A stretch of DNA of 49,997 nt, taken from the NCBI GenBank assembly GCA_031972835.1, contig DALYDX010000002.1, forward strand, positions 1 through 49,997, read 5' to 3'. How positions within the stretch are numbered: position 1 is the stretch's first letter; each line of letters starts with the position of its first letter. The translations under genes and the position numbers were made by a program. The notes under the pieces are model-generated. The model was given only the letters and a program-made list of their open reading frames with translations, had not been told where the DNA came from and searched no databases. Shown in pieces: positions 7,425 to 16,164 of the stretch. This DNA is from Minisyncoccota bacterium (GTDB lineage Bacteria; Patescibacteriota; Minisyncoccia; Phycocordibacterales; UBA9973).

Positions 7425-9890
7425 ATGCCAAAACCAAAAGACAAAAACATTCCTAGCCCAGAACCAATCGCTCGTCAAAACGTAGTGCCTATAAATATCA
7501 CCACTGAGATGAAGGACTCATACATCAGTTACGCGATGTCCGTGATCACATCACGTGCACTTCCTGACGTGCGTGACGGACTCAAACCAGTACACCGACG
7601 TATTCTCTTTGCTATGCATGAAATGGGTCTCACGGCGAGTGCAAAGACACGAAAATCTGCGACGGTAGTCGGAGAGGTGCTCGGAAAGTACCACCCACAC
7701 GGCGACGTGGCGGTGTATGACTCGATGGTTGGTATGGTGCAGGATTTCTCTACTCGATATCCACTTATAGTAGGTCAAGGTAACTTCGGTACCATAGACG
7801 GAGACTCTGCGGCTGCTATGCGTTATACCGAGGCCAAGATGTCTAAACTTTCAGGAGAGCTTTTGCGTGATTTGGACAAGGAGACTGTAGACTGGAATCC
7901 AAACTACGACAACACATTGAAAGAACCAAAAGTATTACCAACTGCAGTACCAAACTTGCTTTTAAATGGCACGCTCGGTATCGCTGTAGGTATGGCGACA
8001 AATATTCCTCCGCACAACTTGGGTGAGGTTATAGACGCTACACTTCACTTGATCGATAATCCTGATTCAACAACTGACGACTTACTTGAATTTATAAAAG
8101 GTCCAGACTTTCCAACTGGAGGCATGGCTTTCAATCAAAAAGATATTTTGCACGCATATGCTACAGGTCGCGGTGGAGTTGTGTGTCGTGGAGAAGCTGA
8201 GATAGTTGAACAAAAATCTGGAATGGCCCAGATAGTGATAACCTCTATTCCATATCGTGTTAACAAACAAGATCTCGTAGTTGCAATTGCAAATCTAGTT
8301 CAAGAAAAAAAGCTTGAAGGTATCAAAGGTCTTCGAGATGAATCAACAAAAGATATTCGCGTTGTGATCGATCTCAAAAATGGAATTCATCCACAAAAAG
8401 TTTTGAACTATCTATACAAACACACTCAACTTGAAAACTCTTTCCACTTCAACTTGGTAGCACTCGTAGACGGAATTCCACAAACACTCGCTTTGAAAAC
8501 ATTTCTTTCAGAGTTCGTATCTCACAGAGATGTAGTAGTACGTCGTCGTACTATATATGATTTGCGTAAAGCAGAAGAGCGTGAGCATATATTGCTCGGG
8601 TTGAAAAAAGCCCTTGATCATATCGACAAGGTTATTTCTGTTATCCGCGCTTCAAAAGATACTGCTGTTGCGAAAGCAAATTTGATGAAAGAGTTTAAGT
8701 TTTCTGAAATTCAAGCGACTGCAATCTTGGAGATGAAACTTCAGAAGCTCGCAGGACTCGAACGCAAAAATGTTGAACTCGAACTCAAAGAAAAGCAGGA
8801 GCTTATTGCCTTCCTAAAAGACTTACTCGCACATCCTAAAAAGATTTTGAAAGTTATTGCCGAGGAACTTGCAGAGATAAAAGAAAAATACAACGACGAA
8901 CGTCGCACAAAAATTATAAAAGGTGGAGTCAAAATGATCAACGACGAAGATCTCATACCTGAAAAAGATTCTGTACTTGTCTACACAGCTGGAGGATATG
9001 TAAAACGCACTGACCCTAGTGAATATCGCGCTCAGAAGCGTGGTGGTGTGGGAGTTGTAGACTTGGAGACAAAAGAAGAAGATTTCATAACTCAACTTTT
9101 AAATACAAACACACATAGTGATCTACTATTTTTTACCAACTTAGGTAAGGCGTATCAGATAAAAATGTATGAGATACCTGAAGGTAAGCGCGCTACAAAA
9201 GGTAAATCAATCATGAACTTCTTGGCATTAGGATCTGACGAGCGTGTCATGTCTATACTTCCAGTTTCAAAAGAAAAGAAAGCAAAGGAGCAGTATCTGA
9301 TACTTGTAACTGAAAACGGCACTGCAAAGAAAATGGCGTATTCACATTTCAAAGATGTTCGTAGAAGTGGTCTTATAGCTATCAAACTCGACAAAAATGA
9401 TTCACTCATGGCTGCTCGCCTTGTAGATAAAGGTGACGATATGATGCTCGCTACAGCAGATGGACAATCAATCAGATTCAAGGAAGGTGATATACGCGAG
9501 ATGGGACGTACAGCTGGAGGTGTGCGTGCGATGAAAGTAGACAAAGGAGATACGATTATCGGCGTGGATGTTGTCTCAAAAGATGCGCTTGGTGCAACAC
9601 TTCTTACTATGAGTTCAAATGGTCTCGGCAAAAGAACAAAACTTTCTGAATACAAAGTACAGAAGCGTGGAGGTTCTGGAATCAAAACTGCGAAAGTTAC
9701 AACAAAAACAGGAAAGCTGATTGTGGCGAAGATTGTTACGACCGAAGAAGAGCTGATATCAATGTCTAAAAAAGGCCAAGTGATCCGAGTAGAGCTCAAA
9801 TCAATCCCAGTTCTCGGACGCGATACACAAGGAGTTACTATTATGAAGCTTAGAGCAGGTGACGGTATCGCTTCGCTCACATGTTTTTAA
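7425..9890 (+). CDS. gyrA: DNA gyrase subunit A
   Basis: Contains [11 protein letters not shown], the active-site segment AAMRYTEAK, and C-terminal beta-pinwheel repeats. 821 aa. Confidence 0.97.
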   Translation: MPKPKDKNIPSPEPIARQNVVPINITTEMKDSYISYAMSVITSRALPDVRDGLKPVHRRILFAMHEMGLTASAKTRKSATVVGEVLGKYHPHGDVAVYDSMVGMVQDFSTRYPLIVGQGNFGTIDGDSAAAMRYTEAKMSKLSGELLRDLDKETVDWNPNYDNTLKEPKVLPTAVPNLLLNGTLGIAVGMATNIPPHNLGEVIDATLHLIDNPDSTTDDLLEFIKGPDFPTGGMAFNQKDILHAYATGRGGVVCRGEAEIVEQKSGMAQIVITSIPYRVNKQDLVVAIANLVQEKKLEGIKGLRDESTKDIRVVIDLKNGIHPQKVLNYLYKHTQLENSFHFNLVALVDGIPQTLALKTFLSEFVSHRDVVVRRRTIYDLRKAEEREHILLGLKKALDHIDKVISVIRASKDTAVAKANLMKEFKFSEIQATAILEMKLQKLAGLERKNVELELKEKQELIAFLKDLLAHPKKILKVIAEELAEIKEKYNDERRTKIIKGGVKMINDEDLIPEKDSVLVYTAGGYVKRTDPSEYRAQKRGGVGVVDLETKEEDFITQLLNTNTHSDLLFFTNLGKAYQIKMYEIPEGKRATKGKSIMNFLALGSDERVMSILPVSKEKKAKEQYLILVTENGTAKKMAYSHFKDVRRSGLIAIKLDKNDSLMAARLVDKGDDMMLATADGQSIRFKEGDIREMGRTAGGVRAMKVDKGDTIIGVDVVSKDALGATLLTMSSNGLGKRTKLSEYKVQKRGGSGIKTAKVTTKTGKLIVAKIVTTEEELISMSKKGQVIRVELKSIPVLGRDTQGVTIMKLRAGDGIASLTCF

Positions 9891-9903
9891 TTAAATAAAA
9901 ATT

Positions 9904-10437
9904 ATGGAAATAGATTTCTCATCTCCTTCTCACAATCTAAAACAATTTGGTTTGGGTGAGACACTACATATAGCTGATCTCGGCGCGGGGAGTGGACACT
10001 ACACCAGAGAACTTGCTCGTGTATTAAAAGCGGGCAAGGTATACGCAATCGAAGTGCAAAAGGAAATATTGGAACGTCTCAAGAACGATCTATCTCGTGA
10101 GGGTATAACAAACGTAGAATACATCTGGGCAAATATGGAGAAACTCGGAGGCACAAAACTTGCCGACGGATCACTCGATGCAGCAGTGATATCAAACGTA
10201 CTTTTTCAGATTGAAGATAAAATCACTTTCATACGTGAGGTAAAAAGAATATTGAAGCCTTCCGGACGAGTACTCTTGATCGATTGGTCAGGGTCTCATG
10301 GAGGTATGGGGCCTGTATCGGAGTCAGTGGTAACCAAAGACTCTGGAGTGTCTATGTTTGAGCGTGAAGGATTCAAGTTCGAGCGAGAGATAAATGCTGG
10401 CGCAAATCATTGGGGAGTTAGTTTCGTGCGCAACTAG
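9904..10437 (+). CDS. class I SAM-dependent methyltransferase
   Basis: Motif I is ADLGAGSGHYT, with post-I and motif II-like segments. 177 aa. Confidence 0.75.
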   Translation: MEIDFSSPSHNLKQFGLGETLHIADLGAGSGHYTRELARVLKAGKVYAIEVQKEILERLKNDLSREGITNVEYIWANMEKLGGTKLADGSLDAAVISNVLFQIEDKITFIREVKRILKPSGRVLLIDWSGSHGGMGPVSESVVTKDSGVSMFEREGFKFEREINAGANHWGVSFVRN

Positions 10438-10487
10438 GGTTTTTCTATTGTTTTAAATATCTGACAAGGTATAATTATCTATACAAA

Positions 10488-11792
10488 ATGTCCAATTTTC
10501 AAATCGCACTTTCAGTAATATTTGGTTTTGCTTTCCTACTCGCAGTAGCGATATTTTCTGGTTTTATAAAAATCCCTGAGAAAACTTCTGGTGTTGCAGG
10601 TGCGACAGGTTCTGTGGTGATGTGGGGAACCATAGACGATGGAGCTTTTAGAGATACGATTGAAGATTTTAATAGAGGCAAAGACTATTCATTGCGTTAT
10701 GTAGAAAAGAAATCTGCAACTTTTGACGCAGAATTAATCGAAGCACTAGCTAGTGGTAAAGGTCCTGACCTAGTTGTTGTGCCACAGGATTTACTTTGGA
10801 AATACAAGAACAAGGCATATCTCATTCCGTATGAAGGATACAGTGAGCGTGTGTTTTTAGATACGTTTATTCCAGAATCCGAAATGTATTTGATGAAAGA
10901 TGGCATACTCGCACTACCATTTACAATTGATCCGCTAGTTCTCTATTACAACAAAGACACATTTACATCCTCTGGTATTGTTGGAACTCCAAAAACATGG
11001 ACTGAAGTTGTGAACTATGTACCTCTACTAGTTGAAAAAGATGCTTCGGGCAATATTATACGTGGCGCACTTGGCATAGGAACTTTCAACAATACAGAGC
11101 ACGCAAAAGAAATCCTATCAACACTACTTTTACAATCAGGTGTGAAAATTACATCTTACAATCGTGCGACAGATATATTGGATTCTGCTATATCTACAAA
11201 CAATTCAACTGGACCTGCTGAGCAAGCATCAAAGTTTTTTGTAAACTTTACAAACCCTACTCTAACAACTTATACATGGAACACAGCACTACCGCTTTCT
11301 CGTGATGCATTTATAGCGGGGGATTTGGCAATGTACATAGGATACGCGAGCGAAGTCTCATCTATTAGAGCAAAGAATCCAAATCTAAATTTTGATATTT
11401 CCGCGATGCCACAACTCGACAAGGCTACAACTAAAGCCACTTACGGAGACATGAGAGGTATTATGATCATGAATTCTTCAAAGAATAAAAATACAGCATA
11501 TGTCGTAGCTGCACTTCTATCGGGCAATGAATTCCTCGCTTCATTTACTCCGAACTTACTACTTCCACCGGTGCGTCGAGACTTGCTCGCTATCCGCCCA
11601 ACGGACCCTAAACTTTCTGTTTTTTATGATCAAGCGCTTATCTCCAAGGGTTGGATTGATCCAAGTAGTACAAAGACTACTGATATCTTGAGTCGTCTTG
11701 TTCGCAATCTGACAACCGGAGTATATGATCCTGGTCAGGCTGTATCGCTTGCAAACCAAGAGTTAGCATTGTTTCTAAAAAGTGGAATATAA
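10488..11792 (+). CDS. extracellular solute-binding protein (ABC-type, family 1-like) with N-terminal TM anchor
   Basis: N-terminal helix IALSVIFGFAFLLAVAIFSGF. Sugar-SBP-like segments are GPDLVVVPQDLLW, PFTIDPLVLYYNKD and TPKTWTEV. No permease or ATPase gene is adjacent. Confidence 0.7.
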   Translation: MSNFQIALSVIFGFAFLLAVAIFSGFIKIPEKTSGVAGATGSVVMWGTIDDGAFRDTIEDFNRGKDYSLRYVEKKSATFDAELIEALASGKGPDLVVVPQDLLWKYKNKAYLIPYEGYSERVFLDTFIPESEMYLMKDGILALPFTIDPLVLYYNKDTFTSSGIVGTPKTWTEVVNYVPLLVEKDASGNIIRGALGIGTFNNTEHAKEILSTLLLQSGVKITSYNRATDILDSAISTNNSTGPAEQASKFFVNFTNPTLTTYTWNTALPLSRDAFIAGDLAMYIGYASEVSSIRAKNPNLNFDISAMPQLDKATTKATYGDMRGIMIMNSSKNKNTAYVVAALLSGNEFLASFTPNLLLPPVRRDLLAIRPTDPKLSVFYDQALISKGWIDPSSTKTTDILSRLVRNLTTGVYDPGQAVSLANQELALFLKSGI

Positions 11793-11795
11793 ATT

Positions 11796-12197
11796 ATGAA
11801 AAAAATACCTTTTATTATTTCTGGAATTTTACTCGCTTCTTTTATGTTTTTATCTTCGGGTATATTGTATCCAGCAGGAGTTTCTGCAGATCCACTTATT
11901 CCATGTGATGGAGGGGAGACGAATCCATGCGACTTCAACGATATCATGACTCTTGTAAACAACGTGATAAATTTCTTGATCTTCACACTTGCTCTACCAC
12001 TAGCAGCTATCGTGATAGCGTGGTCAGGATTCTTGTTTCTCACAAGTGGCGCTGAGCCAGGTAAGCGTACTAAAGCCAAGAAGATGCTTACAGATGTAGT
12101 CATAGGTCTCGTGATAGCACTCGCTGCGTGGCTCATAGTACAAACTATACTCACGTCACTCGGTTACGACGGCCCAACCTTTCTTAGTGGAATTTAA
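11796..12197 (+). CDS. TrbC/VirB2-like (T4SS-pilin-like) two-TM protein, paralog 1, with signal peptide
   Basis: Signal peptide MKKIPFIISGILLASFMFLSSG..VSA. A Cys pair is followed by helix, charged loop (GAEPGKRTKAKK) and helix. It is paralogous to the next four genes. Confidence 0.6.
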   Translation: MKKIPFIISGILLASFMFLSSGILYPAGVSADPLIPCDGGETNPCDFNDIMTLVNNVINFLIFTLALPLAAIVIAWSGFLFLTSGAEPGKRTKAKKMLTDVVIGLVIALAAWLIVQTILTSLGYDGPTFLSGI

Positions 12198-12216
12198 TAA
12201 GATATAATCAATAAAC

Positions 12217-12702
12217 ATGAAAAGAAAAATTTTTATACTAACACTACTTACTGCGATTATTTTCTCTATATATCCTACTATTAGAGTTAGTGCTACTCAC
12301 AGCGTTGATCATAAAATAGATATCACAGCAGGAGGCGATGGAGATATTACAGCTGGTGGCGATGGAGATATCACAGCAGGGGGAGATACTGATACAGCAG
12401 GCTCCGATACAGGCGACTTCTCTCTTGATGTGACTATAGACAACCCACTCAAGACCGACATAGATACATTGCCTGAGTTCATAGAGGAAGTATTGCGTAT
12501 AGTTTTGAAAATAGGTATTCCTATAATAACTTTGTTTATTATCTATGCAGGTCTTTTGTTTGTCATGGCTGCCGGCAATCCTGAGAAACTTAAAAAAGCA
12601 AAAGAGACACTACTGTGGACACTTGTGGGAGCAGCAGTGCTGCTCGGTGCATGGGTCATAGCTGAGGCGATACAAGGTACACTTACACAATTGGGCGCTT
12701 AA
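12217..12702 (+). CDS. TrbC/VirB2-like two-TM protein, paralog 2, with signal peptide and ITAGGDGD repeats
   Basis: Signal peptide, then the DITAGGDGD repeat region, then the helix-NPEKLKKAKE-helix core. Confidence 0.6.
   Translation: MKRKIFILTLLTAIIFSIYPTIRVSATHSVDHKIDITAGGDGDITAGGDGDITAGGDTDTAGSDTGDFSLDVTIDNPLKTDIDTLPEFIEEVLRIVLKIGIPIITLFIIYAGLLFVMAAGNPEKLKKAKETLLWTLVGAAVLLGAWVIAEAIQGTLTQLGA
12319..12414 (+). repeat. in-frame 24-nt tandem repeat, about 4 copies (GATATCACAGCAGGAGGCGATGGA)
   Basis: Copies at 12319, 12343 and 12367, plus a degenerate fourth. They encode DITAGGDG units. Confidence 0.8.
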
Positions 12703-12727
12703 TATTAATTTAGCTTAATTTAAATTT

Positions 12728-13045
12728 ATGGGAGGCACAGCAACAGCAACATCATCATTTTGTCCACTTACAATACAGTCACTTGCTGACTTCTTGAATT
12801 TCTTTACATGTCTCATCAGTAAGTCTGTCATACCACTTCTGATTGCATTGGCTTTAGTCTTGTTCATATGGGGAGTGCTCAAGTTCATAATGAATGCAGA
12901 TGATAGTACAAAACGCGAGGAGGGAAGAGAGTTCATAGTGTGGGGGCTCATAGGACTTTTTGTCATGGTGTCTATCTGGGGGATTGTAAATATATTGAAC
13001 AGCACATTTGGAGTAAGTAATGTTATTCCACAGCTACCTATGTAG
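12728..13045 (+). CDS. TrbC/VirB2-like two-TM protein, paralog 3 (short form)
   Basis: Core sequence: LIALALVLFIWGVLKFIMNADDSTKREEGREFIVWGLIGLFVMVSIWGIVNIL. Confidence 0.6.
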   Translation: MGGTATATSSFCPLTIQSLADFLNFFTCLISKSVIPLLIALALVLFIWGVLKFIMNADDSTKREEGREFIVWGLIGLFVMVSIWGIVNILNSTFGVSNVIPQLPM

Positions 13046-13156
13046 GATGTGTTGTGTTTGGTTCTGGCTACTGTATAATTTACATATAGCAATTTGCGAC
13101 GCTCCCTGGTCTGGGACAGGCGAATATTATTAAATTAGTAAGTTTTAAATTATTTT

Positions 13157-13459
13157 ATGGATATTACAGATGTTTTAAATAAAATAGGAGATATATTAAA
13201 TGTTATAATCCCTATCTTAATCACACTCGGAGTTATCTACTTTATCTGGGGTGTTATCAAGTACGTAACAGCAAAAGACGAAGATGCACAGAAAGAAGGT
13301 CGCAACACTATCATCTCTGGAATAATCGGTCTATTCGTTATCGTAGCTGTATGGGGTCTTGTAGGTATTCTACAAGAAACATTTGATACAGGTAACAATA
13401 CTTTGAGTAACAACGATATTCCTTGTGTGCCTGGTGTTGGAACTAACGGAGACTGTTAA
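13157..13459 (+). CDS. TrbC/VirB2-like two-TM protein, paralog 4 (short form)
   Basis: Core sequence: ILITLGVIYFIWGVIKYVTAKDEDAQKEGRNTIISGIIGLFVIVAVWGLVGIL. It aligns closely with paralog 3. Confidence 0.6.
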   Translation: MDITDVLNKIGDILNVIIPILITLGVIYFIWGVIKYVTAKDEDAQKEGRNTIISGIIGLFVIVAVWGLVGILQETFDTGNNTLSNNDIPCVPGVGTNGDC

Positions 13460-13460
13460 T

Positions 13461-13784
13461 ATGTCGACCATGCCGACTCTTTTCCAAAAGGCTTTGGCGG
13501 CGACAACAGACTGTACTTCTAGTATCGATGGGTTGCTTGCAAAATTAAATCAGTATCTGATCAATCCACTTATAGTTTTCATGTTTGCGGTGGCGCTAGC
13601 ATACTTCATGTTTGGTGTAGTACAGTTTCTGTCCAATCAAGAAAAGTCAGAGGAGCGTACAAAAGGCCAGCAACATATGCTCTGGGGAGTTATCGGGATG
13701 TTTATCATGATTGCAGTATTTACAATCATGCGAATACTTGCGAACACTCTCGGTGGAGACACAACCTGTCTACCTACAATCTAA
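13461..13784 (+). CDS. TrbC/VirB2-like two-TM protein, paralog 5 (short form)
   Basis: Same helix, charged loop, helix core (FMFGVVQFLSNQEKSEERTKGQQHMLWGVIGMFIMIAVF). The start is taken at the ATG 1 nt after the paralog 4 stop; the track starts at 13425. Confidence 0.55.
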   Translation: MSTMPTLFQKALAATTDCTSSIDGLLAKLNQYLINPLIVFMFAVALAYFMFGVVQFLSNQEKSEERTKGQQHMLWGVIGMFIMIAVFTIMRILANTLGGDTTCLPTI

Positions 13785-13801
13785 TCTAGAAAGCAAATAA
13801 A

Positions 13802-13830
13802 AAAACCGCTCACAATTTGTGAGCGGTTTT
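13802..13830. terminator. bidirectional intrinsic terminator
   Basis: AAAACCGCTCACA-attt-GTGAGCGGTTTT lies between convergent genes. Confidence 0.85.
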
Positions 13831-13850
13831 GCGATATATATCGCAAAAAC

Positions 13851-14273
13851 TTAAAACGGGTTCCAGGTAACAGCAAGTATTACTCCGTCCTCATTGGGTT
13901 GGCATATTCCTGTGAAGGTATATGTGTAACCGATATGGTTGGCATCGTACAAAGCATCGAGCTTTGCATTGATGTTATCCCGAACCTGGCGACCTGCATC
14001 CTGCCAGAATTTAAGTTCTCCGGCAGTAACGAATCCTCCGGTGTATAAATCGAGAATTGTTGCACCTGTTCCTTCCTGAAGACGATTATCTTCCTTTGAA
14101 GGGGAGATAGTTACAATAAACGAGTAAGAATAGTCCTTACCGATCTGCATGTAGTTGTCGCCAACTATTACAGTGTTTTCTGGAGTAGGCGGTACCGCAG
14201 GTACCATGCTACAGCTAGTCATGGACATAACTGCAGAAAATAAAATTGCTGAAATCATCATATTTTTTTTCAT
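13851..14273 (-). CDS. hypothetical lipoprotein
   Basis: MKKNMMISAILFSAVMSMTSC has a lipobox (MTSC). The start is moved to 14273, because the track extension to 14327 enters the 5'-UTR hairpin. By eye it is more GC-rich than its neighbours. Confidence 0.55.
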   Translation of the reverse strand: MKKNMMISAILFSAVMSMTSCSMVPAVPPTPENTVIVGDNYMQIGKDYSYSFIVTISPSKEDNRLQEGTGATILDLYTGGFVTAGELKFWQDAGRQVRDNINAKLDALYDANHIGYTYTFTGICQPNEDGVILAVTWNPF

Positions 14274-14290
14274 TGTTTTGAGTTTTAGAA

Positions 14291-14344
14291 TTTGAATTGT
14301 TACTCTATAGTCCCGAGAGTGGGGCACTAAAGTAACAATTCAAA
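14291..14344 (-). repeat. nested hairpin in the lipoprotein 5' UTR
   Basis: Perfect 14-bp inverted repeat, TTTGAATTGTTACT with AGTAACAATTCAAA, enclosing TCCC-gagagt-GGGG. Confidence 0.6.
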
Positions 14345-14373
14345 TCAAAACTCGAAAGATCATTTCTGGAGTA

Positions 14374-14402
14374 AGTATAGCATATACTCTCCTAAATGTC
14401 AA
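14374..14402 (-). promoter_or_regulatory. sigma70-type promoter TTGACA-17-(TGC)TATACT for the lipoprotein gene
   Basis: Consensus -35, 17-nt spacer and an extended -10. Confidence 0.65.
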
Positions 14403-14467
14403 GTATTGGGACATGTCACATATAGGCTTAATCCCTGTAAAACCCTTATAAAATAAGACAAAAAGAA

Positions 14468-14490
14468 AAGGCGGGAATTTTCCCGCCTTT
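14468..14490. terminator. intrinsic terminator after the SPFH-like gene
   Basis: AAAGGCGGGA-attt-TCCCGCCTTT. Confidence 0.8.
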
Positions 14491-14501
14491 AAAAAAACTA
14501 A

Positions 14502-15572
14502 TTACTTCTTGCTTAGAGCTGCAGCTAACACTTGGATACTGTCGCTTCCGCCTGAGATGTTCATGAACACCTCTCCTGGACGCTGTCCGAGTGTACGTTG
14601 AGCTTGTGCTAACGCCTTTTCGTAATCCATACGAGGAACGATATACTTCCCAGTATCATCTTTCACGCCTTGCATGTAGCGGGAAACAATTAACATCAAC
14701 GTTTCAGCTTCAGTTTCCTGAGCCTTGCGTTGAGCTTCCTCTTTTGGTTTAGCACTTACTTCCTCAAGCAACTTTGCATCTACCGGTAAGATTTCTTTTA
14801 TTAATCTCAATTTGGACTGAAATCCAAAAATATTGAAATTAACCCAGTCATCTCCATCTACATCATCGGCATCTTTTTGCATTGCTTCCATGATGGATTT
14901 TTCTAGATCGTTTTTCAATTCAGCCTTACCTTGTCCCAGTGCCGATGTTCTCCAGTCACGAATCAAGATTTCATCTCTAGTTCCTGAATCAGCAAATGCA
15001 GTTAGTGCATTTTTAAGTAATTCAGGTGTAACCTCGAGATTATTCATGTAGGTGTATGGATCTGTAATCATGGAAAAAAATCCAAGATCTACGAACATCG
15101 GTACGCCATCAGAGCTGAGCATTCCAGAGATTTTCATATCCTGAAGTTGTACCGATATCGGTATAGCTTTTGCGGTTATGATTTTCTTTGGCGTCCAGTG
15201 GTTACCAGAGCTTAGTAAAAACAATTTTGTAGGTTTACCGAAAATCATCGGTACTCCAACATGCCCTGGTTTAATTTCAATCTTTGAGCCACCGCCTTCA
15301 AATATTTGTTGTACTATAGCTAGCACAACGAGAGCTATGATTGTGTAGGGGATAACTGAACTAAAAATATTTTCTCCTATAGCCATTTCAAATAATGGCT
15401 GGATTAAAAATATCGTAGCAATAAACCCAAGCGCTACCAGCGCGAGGATAATTGTTCCTCCGAAAATAATATAGCTTCGGATTGGATCCATAACAGATCC
15501 TTTTCCGAAAATACCTATACCAGTATCGTAAGGATTTACAAATTGAATTGTTGCATTTGTATTTGTTGCCAT
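14502..15572 (-). CDS. SPFH/band-7-like membrane protein
   Basis: Two N-terminal TM helices are followed by IEIKPGHVGVPMIFGKP...VQLQDMKISGMLSSDGVPMFVDLGFFSMITDP (SPFH-like pattern). The tail is coiled-coil and A/E-rich. The start is set at MATNTN (15572), downstream of a consensus promoter. Confidence 0.55.
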   Translation of the reverse strand: MATNTNATIQFVNPYDTGIGIFGKGSVMDPIRSYIIFGGTIILALVALGFIATIFLIQPLFEMAIGENIFSSVIPYTIIALVVLAIVQQIFEGGGSKIEIKPGHVGVPMIFGKPTKLFLLSSGNHWTPKKIITAKAIPISVQLQDMKISGMLSSDGVPMFVDLGFFSMITDPYTYMNNLEVTPELLKNALTAFADSGTRDEILIRDWRTSALGQGKAELKNDLEKSIMEAMQKDADDVDGDDWVNFNIFGFQSKLRLIKEILPVDAKLLEEVSAKPKEEAQRKAQETEAETLMLIVSRYMQGVKDDTGKYIVPRMDYEKALAQAQRTLGQRPGEVFMNISGGSDSIQVLAAALSKK

Positions 15573-15598
15573 AATTAGAACTTTATTTGTTTGATGAT

Positions 15599-15627
15599 AT
15601 TGTATCACAAAAATAAGAAAAAGTCAA
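15599..15627 (-). promoter_or_regulatory. promoter TTGACT-17-TACAAT for the SPFH-like gene
   Basis: Hexamers and spacing were read on the minus strand. Confidence 0.65.
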
Positions 15628-15663
15628 GCATTTGCCTGACTTTTAAAGCTCTTTTTGGGCTGG

Positions 15664-16071
15664 TTAAACCTCCACCCGGGTACCTTTTTTTATAGGTACT
15701 TTGGTTTTACCAATAGATGGGTCTTTAAACTTGAAATACATTTCTTCGTTTGGTTTATATCCGCCAAAATCCCCGTTGTTGCCGACATTTTCTCCGATTG
15801 TATTTTTTACATCGAGAACACTGGCCATACCTTCTATTTTTATATAGTCGGCGCTAGACATAAGTTCCACCTGTGGATTTTTAGGATATTCCCCTGAAAC
15901 CCAGATGTAGTCATCTTCCCAAACAATCCTGTATTCGGATTCATCTTTTCCGGAACCAGAATTCGCGGAATTGTTGGTGGATCTATTACCTCGGTAATAT
16001 CCAACGATAAGGAATATGGTTACCAAAAAAATGGTCCATCGAGCAATTTTCCATATGGTTATTTTCTTCAT
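15664..16071 (-). CDS. hypothetical membrane-anchored protein (1 TM plus beta-rich domain); possible NfeD-like partner
   Basis: TM helix WTIFLVTIFLIVGYY, then a soluble domain. It lies immediately upstream of the SPFH-like gene. The NfeD analogy rests on position and architecture only. Confidence 0.45.
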   Translation of the reverse strand: MKKITIWKIARWTIFLVTIFLIVGYYRGNRSTNNSANSGSGKDESEYRIVWEDDYIWVSGEYPKNPQVELMSSADYIKIEGMASVLDVKNTIGENVGNNGDFGGYKPNEEMYFKFKDPSIGKTKVPIKKGTRVEV

Positions 16072-16090
16072 ATTTGTACGTTTGATTAGA

Positions 16091-16119
16091 ATTATACACT
16101 AAATATACTCAAAAGTCAA
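16091..16119 (-). promoter_or_regulatory. promoter TTGACT-17-TATAAT for the 15664..16071 gene
   Basis: Hexamers and spacing were read on the minus strand. Confidence 0.65.
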
Positions 16120-16149
16120 GCTAAAACACTCGATAAAATAAGGGGATTT

Positions 16150-16158
16150 TGGTATGAT
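16150..16158 (+). promoter_or_regulatory. extended -10 (TGG TATGAT) ending 6 nt before the ATG at 16165; leaderless architecture
   Basis: The sequence reads tggTATGATttgcctATG. Confidence 0.45.
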
Positions 16159-16164
16159 TTGCCT

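Noticed and set aside
9155-9880. 241-aa ORF antisense to gyrA. Similar long antisense ORFs lie at 5372-5836, 21538-22086, 23197-23691, 23929-24513, 24859-25251, 39845-40240 and 47798-48235.
   Set aside because: These are shadow ORFs on the opposite strand of well-supported conserved genes. Their translations are low-complexity and Ser/Ile/Phe-rich, with no motifs.
13046-13156. GC-rich segment GCGACGCTCCCTGGTCTGGGACAGGCG between pilin-like paralogs 3 and 4, considered as another repeat-family member.
   Set aside because: Only a short TCCC/GGGA hairpin is present. It lacks the P1/P2/P3 layout and the conserved loops.
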